This document shows positions 52,811 to 63,249 of a DNA stretch of 64,000 nt, piece after piece (the first letter of the stretch is position 1; each line of letters begins with the position of its first letter). The translations under genes and the position numbers were made by a program. This stretch comes from Sphyrna mokarran (taxonomy: Eukaryota): the NCBI GenBank assembly GCA_024679065.1, contig JAGIQG010000004.1, positions 31,558,001-31,622,000 of the forward strand. Reading direction: 5' to 3'. The notes below the pieces were generated by a model, which was given only the letters and a program-made list of their open reading frames with translations, did not search any database and was not told the origin of the DNA.

Positions 52811-53826
52811 GGCCTAAACTTTTCACTTGTCAGCCATGTGCATTCAATGGATTCAGCAGTGGACAGGAGATATATTCCTAGCCACGGGCAGTCCTGAAGC
52901 GCAATTTCACACCGGCTGCCCAGTTAACAGCCATCCAGCCTGAAACACACTCTGTGAGAGGCTGAACACTACTGGGGAGAGCAGGAAGAAGACAAGAAGT
53001 GGGCAGAGAGGATGGGAAGAGGGCCTGAAGAAAGCAGGGAGACTGGGAAGAAGAACGTGGTATGAGGGTGGAAAGAATGTAAGAAGAGAGTGGGAAGAGA
53101 GTAGGGAGGGCGGGAAACGGATGGGAAGATGACAAGGTGGGTGGGAAGAAGAACGTGGGACAAGCACAGAAAGAGGAAGAAAGTGGGAAGAAAGCAGGAA
53201 GAGCGGGAAGAGAGTGGGAAGAGAATGTGAAAAGGGTGTCAAGAAGGCGAGAGAGGATTGGAAGAGAGCCGGAGGAGGGTGGGAAGAGGGCAGAAAGAGA
53301 GTTGGAAGAGATGGGAAGACAGCTGGAAAAGTGTGGCATCCAGCAAAGGAAAGGTGTGGGCTGGTGTATCTAATGTGCTCCCTCAAGGGCCAGCCACCAT
53401 GGAGCCATGTCAGAGAGTGCTAAGGCTTGAAGTATAAATATTGATGTTAAAACTATACTGCCAATGCCTAGACAGCAGAATCAAACATAGATCTCAGGCT
53501 CCAGGCACATTTTAAAATCTTATTTCAGCCCAGACAATTCTGGCTTTGGCAACTGTATAGTTGAGTTAAAACCCAAAGACTGCCTGGTCAATCAGCCCTC
53601 CCGCCAACCTTTAAAGCAGATAAAATTGCTTTCAGTTGGCCCTTTAATGGATGAAACTGCCTATTTGACTGTCGGAGGACACACTTCTGGTGCTCGAATG
53701 CGCCCGTCAACCAAAATATGCATGAGTGTACAATGACATCAGGATGTGCGTCCGACACCATCTCATGCGATTTCATGTGCTGCAGGGTTGGGAAAGTGCC
53801 GCACGAGCAATGCAAAATTCTAGCCC
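52811..53826. mobile_element. Harbinger-type non-autonomous element
   Basis: GGCCTAAACTTTTC / GCAAAATTCTAGCCC termini; right end homologous to 46520-46777. Confidence 0.5.
52975..53330. repeat. Purine-rich degenerate minisatellite (GGGAAGAG-type)
   Basis: More than 20 degenerate GGGAAGA units at roughly 11-13 bp spacing. Confidence 0.85.
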
Positions 53827-54017
53827 GAGGTACCATCTGAAATAATCAGGAACCATCATGCAATATACTAATGTGATTGAAGTCATGCCCATTATTATAT
53901 TCTTTTTATTTCCTAGCCTTTATGACAAAGGTAGACTAATGCTTCATTTCTTCTACATGTGACATATTGGCTCTTTAGGATTGCTAGACTGCATCTGGCT
54001 AGATTGTGTATATTATC

Positions 54018-54420
54018 GAGTCATAGAGATATACAGCTTGAAAGCAGGCTCTTTAGTCTAATGCATCAAAGCCGACCATGTTTCCTAAACTGAACTGGTC
54101 CCATTTACTTGTGTTTGACCCATATCCCTCTAAACCTTTCCCACCCATGTACCTGTCTAAATGTCTATGCGAAAAAGTTGCCCCTCAGGTCCCTTTTAAA
54201 TTTTTCCTCTCTCACGTTAAACCTATACCTTCTAGTTTTTGACTCACCTACTCTAAGAAAAGACCTTGGCTATTCGCCTTACCTATGTCCCCTCAGGATT
54301 TTATAAATTTCTCTATGGTCATCTCTCATCCTCTTGTGCTCCAAGGGAAAAAGTCCCAGTCTATCCAGTTCTCCTTATAATTCAAACCTTCCGGTCCTGA
54401 TAACATCCTTGTAAGTCCTT
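54018..54420 (-). mobile_element. CR1 3' fragment
   Basis: Reverse complement of the CR1 ORF2 end and tail. Confidence 0.7.
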
Positions 54421-55008
54421 GTTGCACGAGTTTGGGCTCACAAAATTGTTGCTGCCAATAAGTCAGATGAACAAACGTTGGACATGTCAGATTGCACCAA
54501 ATTTGGGACCGCTGTCACTCTTCCTATTGCATAAGCAGAACTGGGCAGACTTAACTAGAACCGTTCATGGATCAATCTTCTCTTGCACATGCAACAGAGG
54601 AGGTGAACATTTCAAATGTCATTATGAATAAATGATCATGTATCATCTAGGGGTAATTGATGGAAGGCTTCAGAAGGGAGAATGGATTTTAAGAACGCAA
54701 GGAAAGGAACAACCTCAGCTGAAGTTTACCTTCTTACATAATGGATCTTTAATGCAAGCTTCAAAATACTGCAAAATTATGTGGGTTGGAGATAATTGTG
54801 TATCATATCTGCTTGATGTATCGAGGTTTTCAAAATTTCAAGGTGATGAGAGGTTTTGAAAAGGTGGGAAGCAAAAGAACTCTCCCCTGATGAGTATGTC
54901 AAATATAGATTCAACATCATTTGCAAGAGACCTAAAAGTGAGATGAGGATATGATTTTTCACCCACTGAACTACTGAACTTTGTAATGCAATTCATGAAA
55001 AAGGTTTT

Positions 55009-55285
55009 AAGTTTACTTATAGGCTTACATTAACAGTACAATGAAATAACTGTGAAGATCCCCTAATTGCCACACTGCGGCGCCTGTTCGGTTATGCTGA
55101 GGGAGAATTTAGCATGGCTAATGCATCTTACCAGCATGTCTTTCACACTGTGGGAGGAAACCAGAGCACCCAGATGAAATCTGCTCAGACACAGGAGAAT
55201 GTGCAGAAGCCACACAGGCAGTGACCAAAATCAGGAATTGAACCCAGGTCCTTGGCACTGTACTAACCATTGCACCACCATGCCA
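55009..55285 (-). mobile_element. V-SINE type B
   Basis: Reverse-complement head, V-domain and type B tail. Confidence 0.85.
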
Positions 55286-55579
55286 TCTGTGTGTGGTTGT
55301 GTGTGGAAGCTGATTTCATAAATAATGCTAAAAGGAAATTGACAGCCATCTCAGGATGAAGAATCTACAATGTTGCAAGATGAATGGAGGGGACTATGTG
55401 TGGTTGCTCTTTTGCAGAGTCAGTACAGGCACAGTGAGCAAAATTGCCCACATTTCTATGAATGTATCACATTGGTAGAATAAACGAGAACATTCAACTT
55501 CTTTTGGCACTACAATCACAGTGACAATGACAATGATAATTATGGATATTTCCTGCATAATAAACTATGAATTAATTGA

Positions 55580-56540
55580 ATGGCCCAAATTGATTTAAGG
55601 AGCTGATTGGGCTATTTCTGCTCTGTGCTCCAACAGCTTGTGTGATTACGTAGCAACAATGACAGAAAAATTACTTCCTATTGTGTGTGTGGGTGTTTGT
55701 CTCTTTAAGACAATACAGTACAAGAGAGTCCCATGACTTGAGAAATAAATGGGAACTCAGAGTGAGTGATCACCTTATAGTGCGATGTCCTTTCTCGGTT
55801 AGAATCATCTAGCAACCTTAGTTTACATCCGAAGGAGTGGAGCATGACTCCAGGACAACCTAGGTCTCCTGTACCTAGTTTCTCTCATCAATACATTTCT
55901 TGTGTGGCTAATGAAACCTGAAATCTCTTGAAGAGTGTCACAACATAACACATTAACGATGAGGTGGCTCAATTGGATGACACAGCCTTCCTATGCGTAT
56001 CTGATTTAATTGAAGTTTGGAAAAGAGAGATACCCACCAGAGTGCTTGTTTTGGGTGACTAGATCAGAACACTTAGGGAGACTTGTCCAGTTAGTCCCAG
56101 ACCCTAAGGGGCAGATGAAGTAGCGAACCCAATGTGACCAGCGAGTCAAGAAGTTTGGGAAGATATAAGAAAAGCTTTAGACATTAGCCTTCAGGAGGAA
56201 GGAAAGTAAAACTTGAATAAAAGAACAAAAAGGGACAGGAGTTTTGGAAGTAAAGGGTGATATATCCAGCCAGAAGAAGACCGTATTTCAGATTTAAAAA
56301 AGGAGAAATCTGAAAAGAAGGCTGCAGTTAAACAAGCTTGTCCCAATAACAACAGAAAGCGAAAAGCTGAGAGTGCAGATTTTCCAATCTGAACAGAGTT
56401 TGCAAGGAATCATCCCTGTACTAAGGGCCTACAGGCAGTGAACATTGGCAGTTTTGGGAACAAAGGAAATCCTCTACTTGCTAAAAAAAACTGTTAAAAG
56501 AGATTACAGTCCTGAATGGACAGCTTAGACTGAGTGAAAT
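55580..56540 (+). mobile_element. LTR-like interspersed repeat (related to 15566-16623)
   Basis: Collinear diverged similarity to the minus-strand copy; host of the nested CR1 insertions. Confidence 0.45.
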
Positions 56541-56567
56541 TAACAAAAAGAACAAAGAACAAAAAAC

Positions 56568-57652
56568 ATTTCAGTAAGGCGTTTGACAAGGTTCCTCATG
56601 GTAGACTGATAGAGAAGGTGAAGGCGCATGGGATACAGGGTCGGGTATGTAGATGGGTCGAGAACTGGTTCGGGAGGAGGAGACAGAGGGTAGTAGTGGA
56701 AGGCTCTTTTTCCGACTGGAAGCCTGTCACTAGTGGAGTGCCACAAGGCTCAGTACTAGGTCCTCTTCTAATTGTGGTCTACATAAACGACTTGGAAGTT
56801 GGGGGTAGGTGGTGAGATCAGCAAATTTGCTGATGACACCAAGATGCTTGGATTGGCGGGTACAGAGGAGCAGTGTCAAGCAATACAACAGGACATAGAT
56901 AGGTTGGTAGACTGGGCAGATAGATGGCAAATGGAATTTAATCCGGATAAATGCGAGGTGATGCATTTTGGCCTGAAAAATGTAGAAGAGAGTTATAGGG
57001 TAAAAGGTAAAACTATACGGAGCATAGAGACGCAGAGAGACTTGGGGGTGCAGGTTCACAAGTCTCTGAAGGTGTCCTCACAGGTGGAGAAGGTGATAAA
57101 GAAGGCGTATAGTATGTTAGCTTTCGTAGAAAAGGGTATAGAATACAAGAGTAGGAGTTTGATGTTGCAATTGTATAGAACGTTGGTTAGGCCTCACTTG
57201 GAATACTGCGTCCAGTTCTGGTCGCCGTACTATCGGAAGGATGTGGAGTCCTTGGAGAGAGTGCAGAGGAGGTTTACAAGGATGCTGCCTGGTATGGAAG
57301 GACTGTCTTATGAGGAACGATTAAATAGACTGGGGTTGTTTTCCCTTGAAAGACGTCGGCTTAGAGGGGATCTCATAGAGGTGTATAAGATTATAAGGGG
57401 TATAGATAGCGTAAATGGAGGTAAACTTTTTCCACCTTTAGAAATGGATAGGACGAGGGGTCATGGCCATAGGGTGAGGGGGTCTATGTATAGGACGAAT
57501 ATTAGAGGGCAGTTTTTCACACAAAGGGTAGTGGGGGTGTGGAATGCACTGCCGAGTAAGGTGTGGGAGCAGGCACGCTGGGGCTGTTTAAGGGTCTCTT
57601 GGACAGCCACATGAGCAGTATGCAGATAGAGGGATATAGTAGGACTGTTTAA
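56568..57652 (+). pseudogene. CR1 ORF2 reverse transcriptase C-terminal half
   Basis: [47 protein letters not shown]; only two 1-nt indels (56801-56805, ~57563); restored stop TAA at 57650-57652. Confidence 0.9.
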
Positions 57653-57669
57653 CTACTGCTTTTTTTCCA

Positions 57670-57802
57670 CAGGTAATTCGGTCCATACTTGACCAACATT
57701 GAGCATGCATTCGGCAGGTGGTGCGAGTACGGCTCTTGGATGTTGATTCATGGGTTGCCTGGTACTTCATGTCGTAAATGAGTGCTTTATGTGGACCATC
57801 TG
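57670..57802 (+). ncRNA. Predicted long RNA hairpin in the CR1 3' UTR
   Basis: Nested complementary blocks, with compensatory changes relative to 63430-63563 (-); structure inferred by eye, expression unknown. Confidence 0.65.
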
Positions 57803-57805
57803 AAG

Positions 57806-57985
57806 GGCACCATGACAGCTCAGTGACTATCGCTGTAGCTGTGCAGACACTTGGAATTGGGTCGGTGTCTGTGGGAGTTGGCGCGTTCTCCCCGTGGTTG
57901 CATGGGTTTTCTCCGGGTGCTCCGGTTTCCTCCCACATCCCAAAAAATTCGCTCTTAGGCTGATTGGGAAACAAATTGTCCCTAT
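57806..57985 (+). other. Decayed SINE head plus V-domain embedded in the LINE 3' UTR
   Basis: GTCTGTGGGAGTTGGCGCGTTCTCCCCGTG..GGGTTTTCTCCGGGTGCTCCGGTTTCCTCCCACA matches the V-domain of the SINEs in this window. Confidence 0.85.
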
Positions 57986-58136
57986 GGTGAGAATTTTCCA
58001 TATTAGGAATAATATATATTATTATATAGGAATATTAAAATAGGATAATGGATTTGCTACTATATAGTATGACGGCGGCGCGGGCTCGTTGGGCCGAAGG
58101 GCCTGTTTCCCGTGCTGTGTTGTTAAAAAAAAAAAA

Positions 58137-58590
58137 TTACAGCAAGGAACAGGCCCTTCAGCCCTCCAAACCTGCACTGACTATGCTGTCCAACTGAACT
58201 AAAACTCCCTACCCTTTGGGGATCATATCCCTCCATTCCTATCTTATTAACATATTTGTCAAGAAGCACCTTAAAAGTCATGATCATATCTGCTTCCACT
58301 ACTCTCCTGGCAGCAAGTTCCAGGCATCCACCATCCTCTGTGTAAAAAACATCCCTCTATATCTCCTTTAAACTTGCCCATCGTACTTTAAACCTATGTC
58401 CCCTAGTAATTGACTCTTCCATTCTGGTAAAAAGTTTCTGACTATCCATTCTGTCCACGCCCTTTATAATCTTATAAACTTCTGTCTTGTTTCCCCACAA
58501 CCCCCATCATTCCAATGAGAGCAATCTAAGTTTCTCCAATCTCTAGCCAAGTTTCTCCAACCTCAAACCAAGGTTCTCCAACCGCTCTAA
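58137..58590 (-). mobile_element. Older CR1 3' fragment; its tail (56542-56567) is split off by the young CR1
   Basis: TTACAGCAAGGAACAGGCCCTTC continues AACAAAGAACAAAAAA, as in the reverse complement of 10935-10970. Confidence 0.8.
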
Positions 58591-59824
58591 GATTTTATCT
58601 AATTAAGAAGTGGCCAGTTACATCAAAGCCTCAGAGAAAAACAAGGACAATCAAAAGGTGGTAGTAAGTGCAAAATCTCTTAAGAATAGTAAGCAACAGT
58701 ACAACAGTCACCACAAGTAGTGAAGGAATGAAAGTTGGAGCATCAAGCTGTGAATAAAAGATAAAAAGGTTGCGAGAAAAAGCACAAGTGGAACTCAGCA
58801 ACAGAGATCACAACATGAAACTCGAGAAGAACCAAAGAAATGCTACAGAATGGCAACGTCAATTTTGTGTTAGGTAAGAGAATGGTGAATCTCAGAGCAA
58901 AATACATCAAGGATTTGATTCATGCCATTTGTGTAGGACATTATGTAACATCCATTGCAAGGGCTGTTGAAGCAGAAATTGGAACAGAGCTATCATTTAC
59001 CAGAGCCACTATTGGGAACCCTTCAAGGATGCAGCTGAATGATCAAACTACCAGTTGTGTAAACTATATAAATGAGCTTGAGAATTTGGCATTCTTTGGA
59101 GAGGCAGAAATTGTTTACTGTTCAAGGATACTAAGAAGGTCATGAAGGAACACAATTGTTGGAATCTGTAAGCAATTCATGAGAATTGTCTAATAAATAT
59201 AATAAGAAGAACAGCTTAATCAGCTGAATAAGAGATAGAGAAAGCAACATTTGGGAACTAAAGCTGACTTGGAACAAATTCAGAAACATATCGAAGACTA
59301 CAATCACTGCAGGGAACTCTTTTAAAAAAAGAGGAACTACTTCAAACTGTCAGTACATCTCAGTGTATTTCAGAGATATCAAGAATAAAAGGGAAATAAA
59401 TATCAAAAACACTAACTGAGGGAGATGGAGCTGCAATGGGCTCAGACCAAACTACAACTGGTGGAGACAGTGTGCGAAATATTCTGGAGCTGAGGAGGAA
59501 GTGGATGCCTGGAATAAAGAGCAACTTAGGTCTAAGCAGAAGATTGATTGAGGCAATAGACAATAGGATGAGATCGGTAACTTAAGCCACTCAATTGAAA
59601 AAGATGTGCTGGACAGGACTAGACAAAGCAGCAATTCAGGCAGAGAAGGAAACTGCAGTTAACTGCTAGGATAAGATTGAAATGGTTACATGAATAGAAA
59701 TGCACATGAACCAAAATGACAACATGAATGATGGAATCAGGCCGATTATAAATACCAGGAAGATAAGAAACTTTTATCACACAACCTAATTACCAGAAAT
59801 GAAGTATTATTTCTTTCACAAGTG

Positions 59825-60620
59825 ACCAACCAAGATTGTGCACGAACCCTCCCCCAGAGGGTTGGACACCAAGAGGTGTCCCTTGGGAATTACCATTGTG
59901 GCAGTGCCAGCCTGGTCCCTTGGCACTGCCCAAGGGGCAAAGTAAGAATGTCTAGGGGGCATAGAGAAGTGCCAAGGTGCCGGGGCCGAATGGAGGCAGA
60001 GCCTGATGGGGTTGAGATGCCTGAGGGCGATCTGGGGGGGGTGGGAGGTTCCTGATGCTCCTGTGCACTTTGGGCTGAGTGACAGAGGGAGGCCAGTGAA
60101 TGGGACTGGCCATCAGAGTTGGAGGGGTTCAGGCTGCTGGGGAGGGGGTTCAGGCTGCTGGGGAGGGGGTTCAGGACTGCGTGGGAGTAGTTGGGCTGGC
60201 AGTGGGGAGAGGATCCGTAGGGATTAGGAGATTGGGGCAGTGGAGATGGGGGGCGGTGGGGGTGAGGCTGGCCCTGACATATTCGGAGGGGCCGATGATG
60301 GGGCTGTGGGGATGTGGGGGGCAGTGTGAGTCGCATGGCCAACAATGCAGGGTCACGTGACTGGCCAGCGATTGAGCCACCGTGCAGGCACTGATCTTGG
60401 CTTGGCAGATTGGCATATGTGCAGTTGCCCACTCAGCGCTACGCTGCCAGCTTCTCCGGTGGGAGTAGGCCCTGCCCCCTGATTTTGGGACTGGTTCATG
60501 CTGATGCACTCTGCAGTGCACAGAATGTGGGAGATTGATTTTGAAACTCCTGCTGAAATAAATCATGTGACTTATTCCAATTTTTATACGGATTCAACAC
60601 TTTTTTTTGAGAGTATTGCC
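59825..60620. mobile_element. Harbinger-type non-autonomous element, right part
   Basis: G-rich interior with TGGCACTGCC motifs, ends GAGAGTATTGCCC; contains a 21-bp triplication at 60121-60180. Confidence 0.45.
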
Positions 60621-63249
60621 CTCCCTCCATTGGAACCGTGCATGGTTGAAGTTTTCGAGAAGAAATATTATGTTAAATGCGAGCTCCAAGATCCTTCCAC
60701 TAAACGATTGCTTGTGTTGATTTACAAACTAGTGCATAAAATGTTCATTTGGAATGTGTGTTGAATAAATTGATGTTGAAGATTGTATAAGAAAGCTAAA
60801 GGTCGGGGGTGGGGGGGTTGGTGGAATGACATGTATGCGGTGCCTGTTTCTTTTACTCTGCAGTAGAAGTGGGTCACCTGACTTGAGGAGCTAATAGGAA
60901 CTGATAATGGGTGGTCATTCCACAAGGTGAAATCCTTTCTCAGTTTGAGTCATCTAGCATCCGCGTGGTGGGTATCATAAAGACTGCAGCATGACTCCAG
61001 GTTAGCCTAGAGTTGCAATGCCTGTACCTCGTTTTCCTGACCAATAATATCTTGCGTTCCCACTGAAGCCTAAAATCTCTTGACAATGGGAGAGTGCCCA
61101 CGACATAACACCTTCCATCTCTCTGTACCCTGTGACAACCATTACTAATGTGATTACTTGTAGACATTGATGAAGATTTTGATTCCTTGTTTTGAAACTG
61201 GAAACAGCAATAGCCCTTTACTGAGAGTGCATTGCAATTGCCCACCCACTAATTGGCCAGCTCCCACTCAGAGCTATTACTAATGCCTGGTGCTCATCCA
61301 CTTAATGTAGATCAGGTTGCATATTGGAATAAAGGTGGATTCCGTGCACTAATTGTTGGAGAGGCACCAACCAAATTTGTCTGACATGCCTATTAGAATG
61401 GCCCTAGAAAAATATTGAGCTGTTGAGTCAAACCACACATTGGGCTGAATGTTTACTGAGTCTGGATGACTCAGTAGCCTTTTAAAAATGGTGGGTGGTT
61501 CCTGATTGTAGACTGATTTCTGAGTTACTGTTGAAGGGAGTGGGCTTGTTCCTGTCAAAAACTCACATCTAGCAGTCAAGACCAAGCCAGCTCTGTTATG
61601 GAGATAGAAATATCCTACTCCTCTGCAAATTCAGTGGAGGTGGGCCAGGTATTTAAAGAATTGTATTTCATGCCACCTCAGAAGGCCAAAGAGTGTGAAA
61701 AGGGGGCTTTTACAAAGATGTGTTTTAAATGCCCTTCTCATGACCTCTGTGCCAAAGTAAGTCTCTCTACCTACCTCCCATAACCTTTCATGCCTTCTCT
61801 GCTGGTATATGCACCTCAGTCATCCCCCATAGCATCTCACGTCCCATATTGCAAACTATGGTATTTCCATGCCTCTATATCACTATATAGAAGAAACTAT
61901 TATATTCTATAATGTGAAGAAAAAGCTCTAAAGAAAAATTCATACATTCATTACTTTTACTATGTTAAAAAAGTAATTTCACTACAAGGCAATAATAGTG
62001 TCAATAATCCAAACTCCTTAAAGTATTAATAACCAAAACCACAAGCTCCCGAAACAATTTAACCTTGTGTAAATAAACATTGTGAAATTGACAGCATACA
62101 TTAGAGAGCAGAAGCTGATGATCAAGCATCATTTAACCTGGGATGCAGATGTTTCAACAAAAATAATGGATGCCATGAGATTTTGCTAAGAGTCCAGACA
62201 TCTATTTGTTGAGACACCTATATAACAAATGGACATGAAAGTATGATATCATGGCATAGGGGCATGAATTCCACAGGGAATAGGTGGACTGTCATAGCTT
62301 AGTATGGGACATGAGAGATTATGGGAGTCAGTGGGAGGCATACTCCGGAATTGAGGCATGGATGGGGCCTGGGGAGCATGTTAGAGGAGACGGGCTACAG
62401 GGGTGTGAGTAGAAGGGTCTTTGTGCGTTAATTGAAATTGGAACAAAGTTGCACAGCACTGGGGTAGATCTTTGAAACAGCCTGCCTTGACTGCTGGCAG
62501 CCCCTGTGGTTACCTCTGCACATCTTCATGGGTTGGCTGTCCCAGCTCCATCCTTTATCCCCTGAAATGAAGAGCCCATTCTTACAAGTGCTTTCTACCG
62601 AGGTGGGCAGGCTGAGTAAAAATGTTCCTGCGTCCCCTACCCACCTTTAAAATATCAATAATGGAAACAGCAAGTCCTTGAAACACTTAACCTTGTATGA
62701 ACAAACATTGTGAAATTGACAGCAAAGATTAGAGGGTCTGAGCTGTCAATAATATAACATTTTCTTTGGGGTACAACTGGTTTGACCATAGTAATGGATA
62801 ACTGAACTCTCAGCCAGGTATACATAATGAAGCTTGGCTGAGACTCTAGATTGCCTTTGGATATAAAACACAATCCATTAACAAGTATTAACAGTTTTGA
62901 GATTGAAATACTTTGATTGTATTTTGTTTTTCTAATAATTCTGCCATAATTTGGTGAAAAGTTAATTTGTTCAATTTATATGGTGAACCATTGCAATAAG
63001 CAGTGGTGTGATCAGGTCATAGAAACCTTTCAACATGATTTCTAGAGACACACCTTTAGATTTCTTCTGAGCTTACTACCACACACTAAATATAGGGAGT
63101 TCACAACAAAGAACAAAGAACAAAACAGCATGGGAAACAGGCCCTTCGGCCCAACAAGCCCGCACCGCCACCTCAATGTTCCCACTTCTACATGCGATCC
63201 CTGTCCATGTTTATAGATCTATGGATTAAAAACCAAATTTGAGACAATT

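Larger units (their letters stand above)
56568..58136 (+). mobile_element. Young 5'-truncated CR1 LINE with extended structured 3' UTR
   Basis: ORF2 from [10 protein letters not shown] to the C-terminus, then a ~470-nt 3' UTR ending in the CR1 stem-loop GGGCCGAAGGGCCTGTT; CpGs intact. Confidence 0.95.

Noticed and set aside
52878-53423. Overlapping 70-160 aa ORFs on both strands
   Set aside because: Artefact of the purine-rich minisatellite, which lacks stop codons.
57815-57835. Iron-responsive element (CAGTGA)
   Set aside because: The 5 nt on either side of CAGTGA do not pair and there is no bulged C; here CAGTGA lies in a stem.
57588-58001. 137-aa antisense ORF across the LINE UTR module
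   Set aside because: The homologous frame in copy 2 stops at 63473 and is frameshifted upstream; the shared TAIVTELS peptide only reflects the 23-nt identical block.
59890-60566. Pro-rich 131-180 aa ORFs
   Set aside because: G/C-rich interior of a non-autonomous DNA element with a 21-bp triplication.
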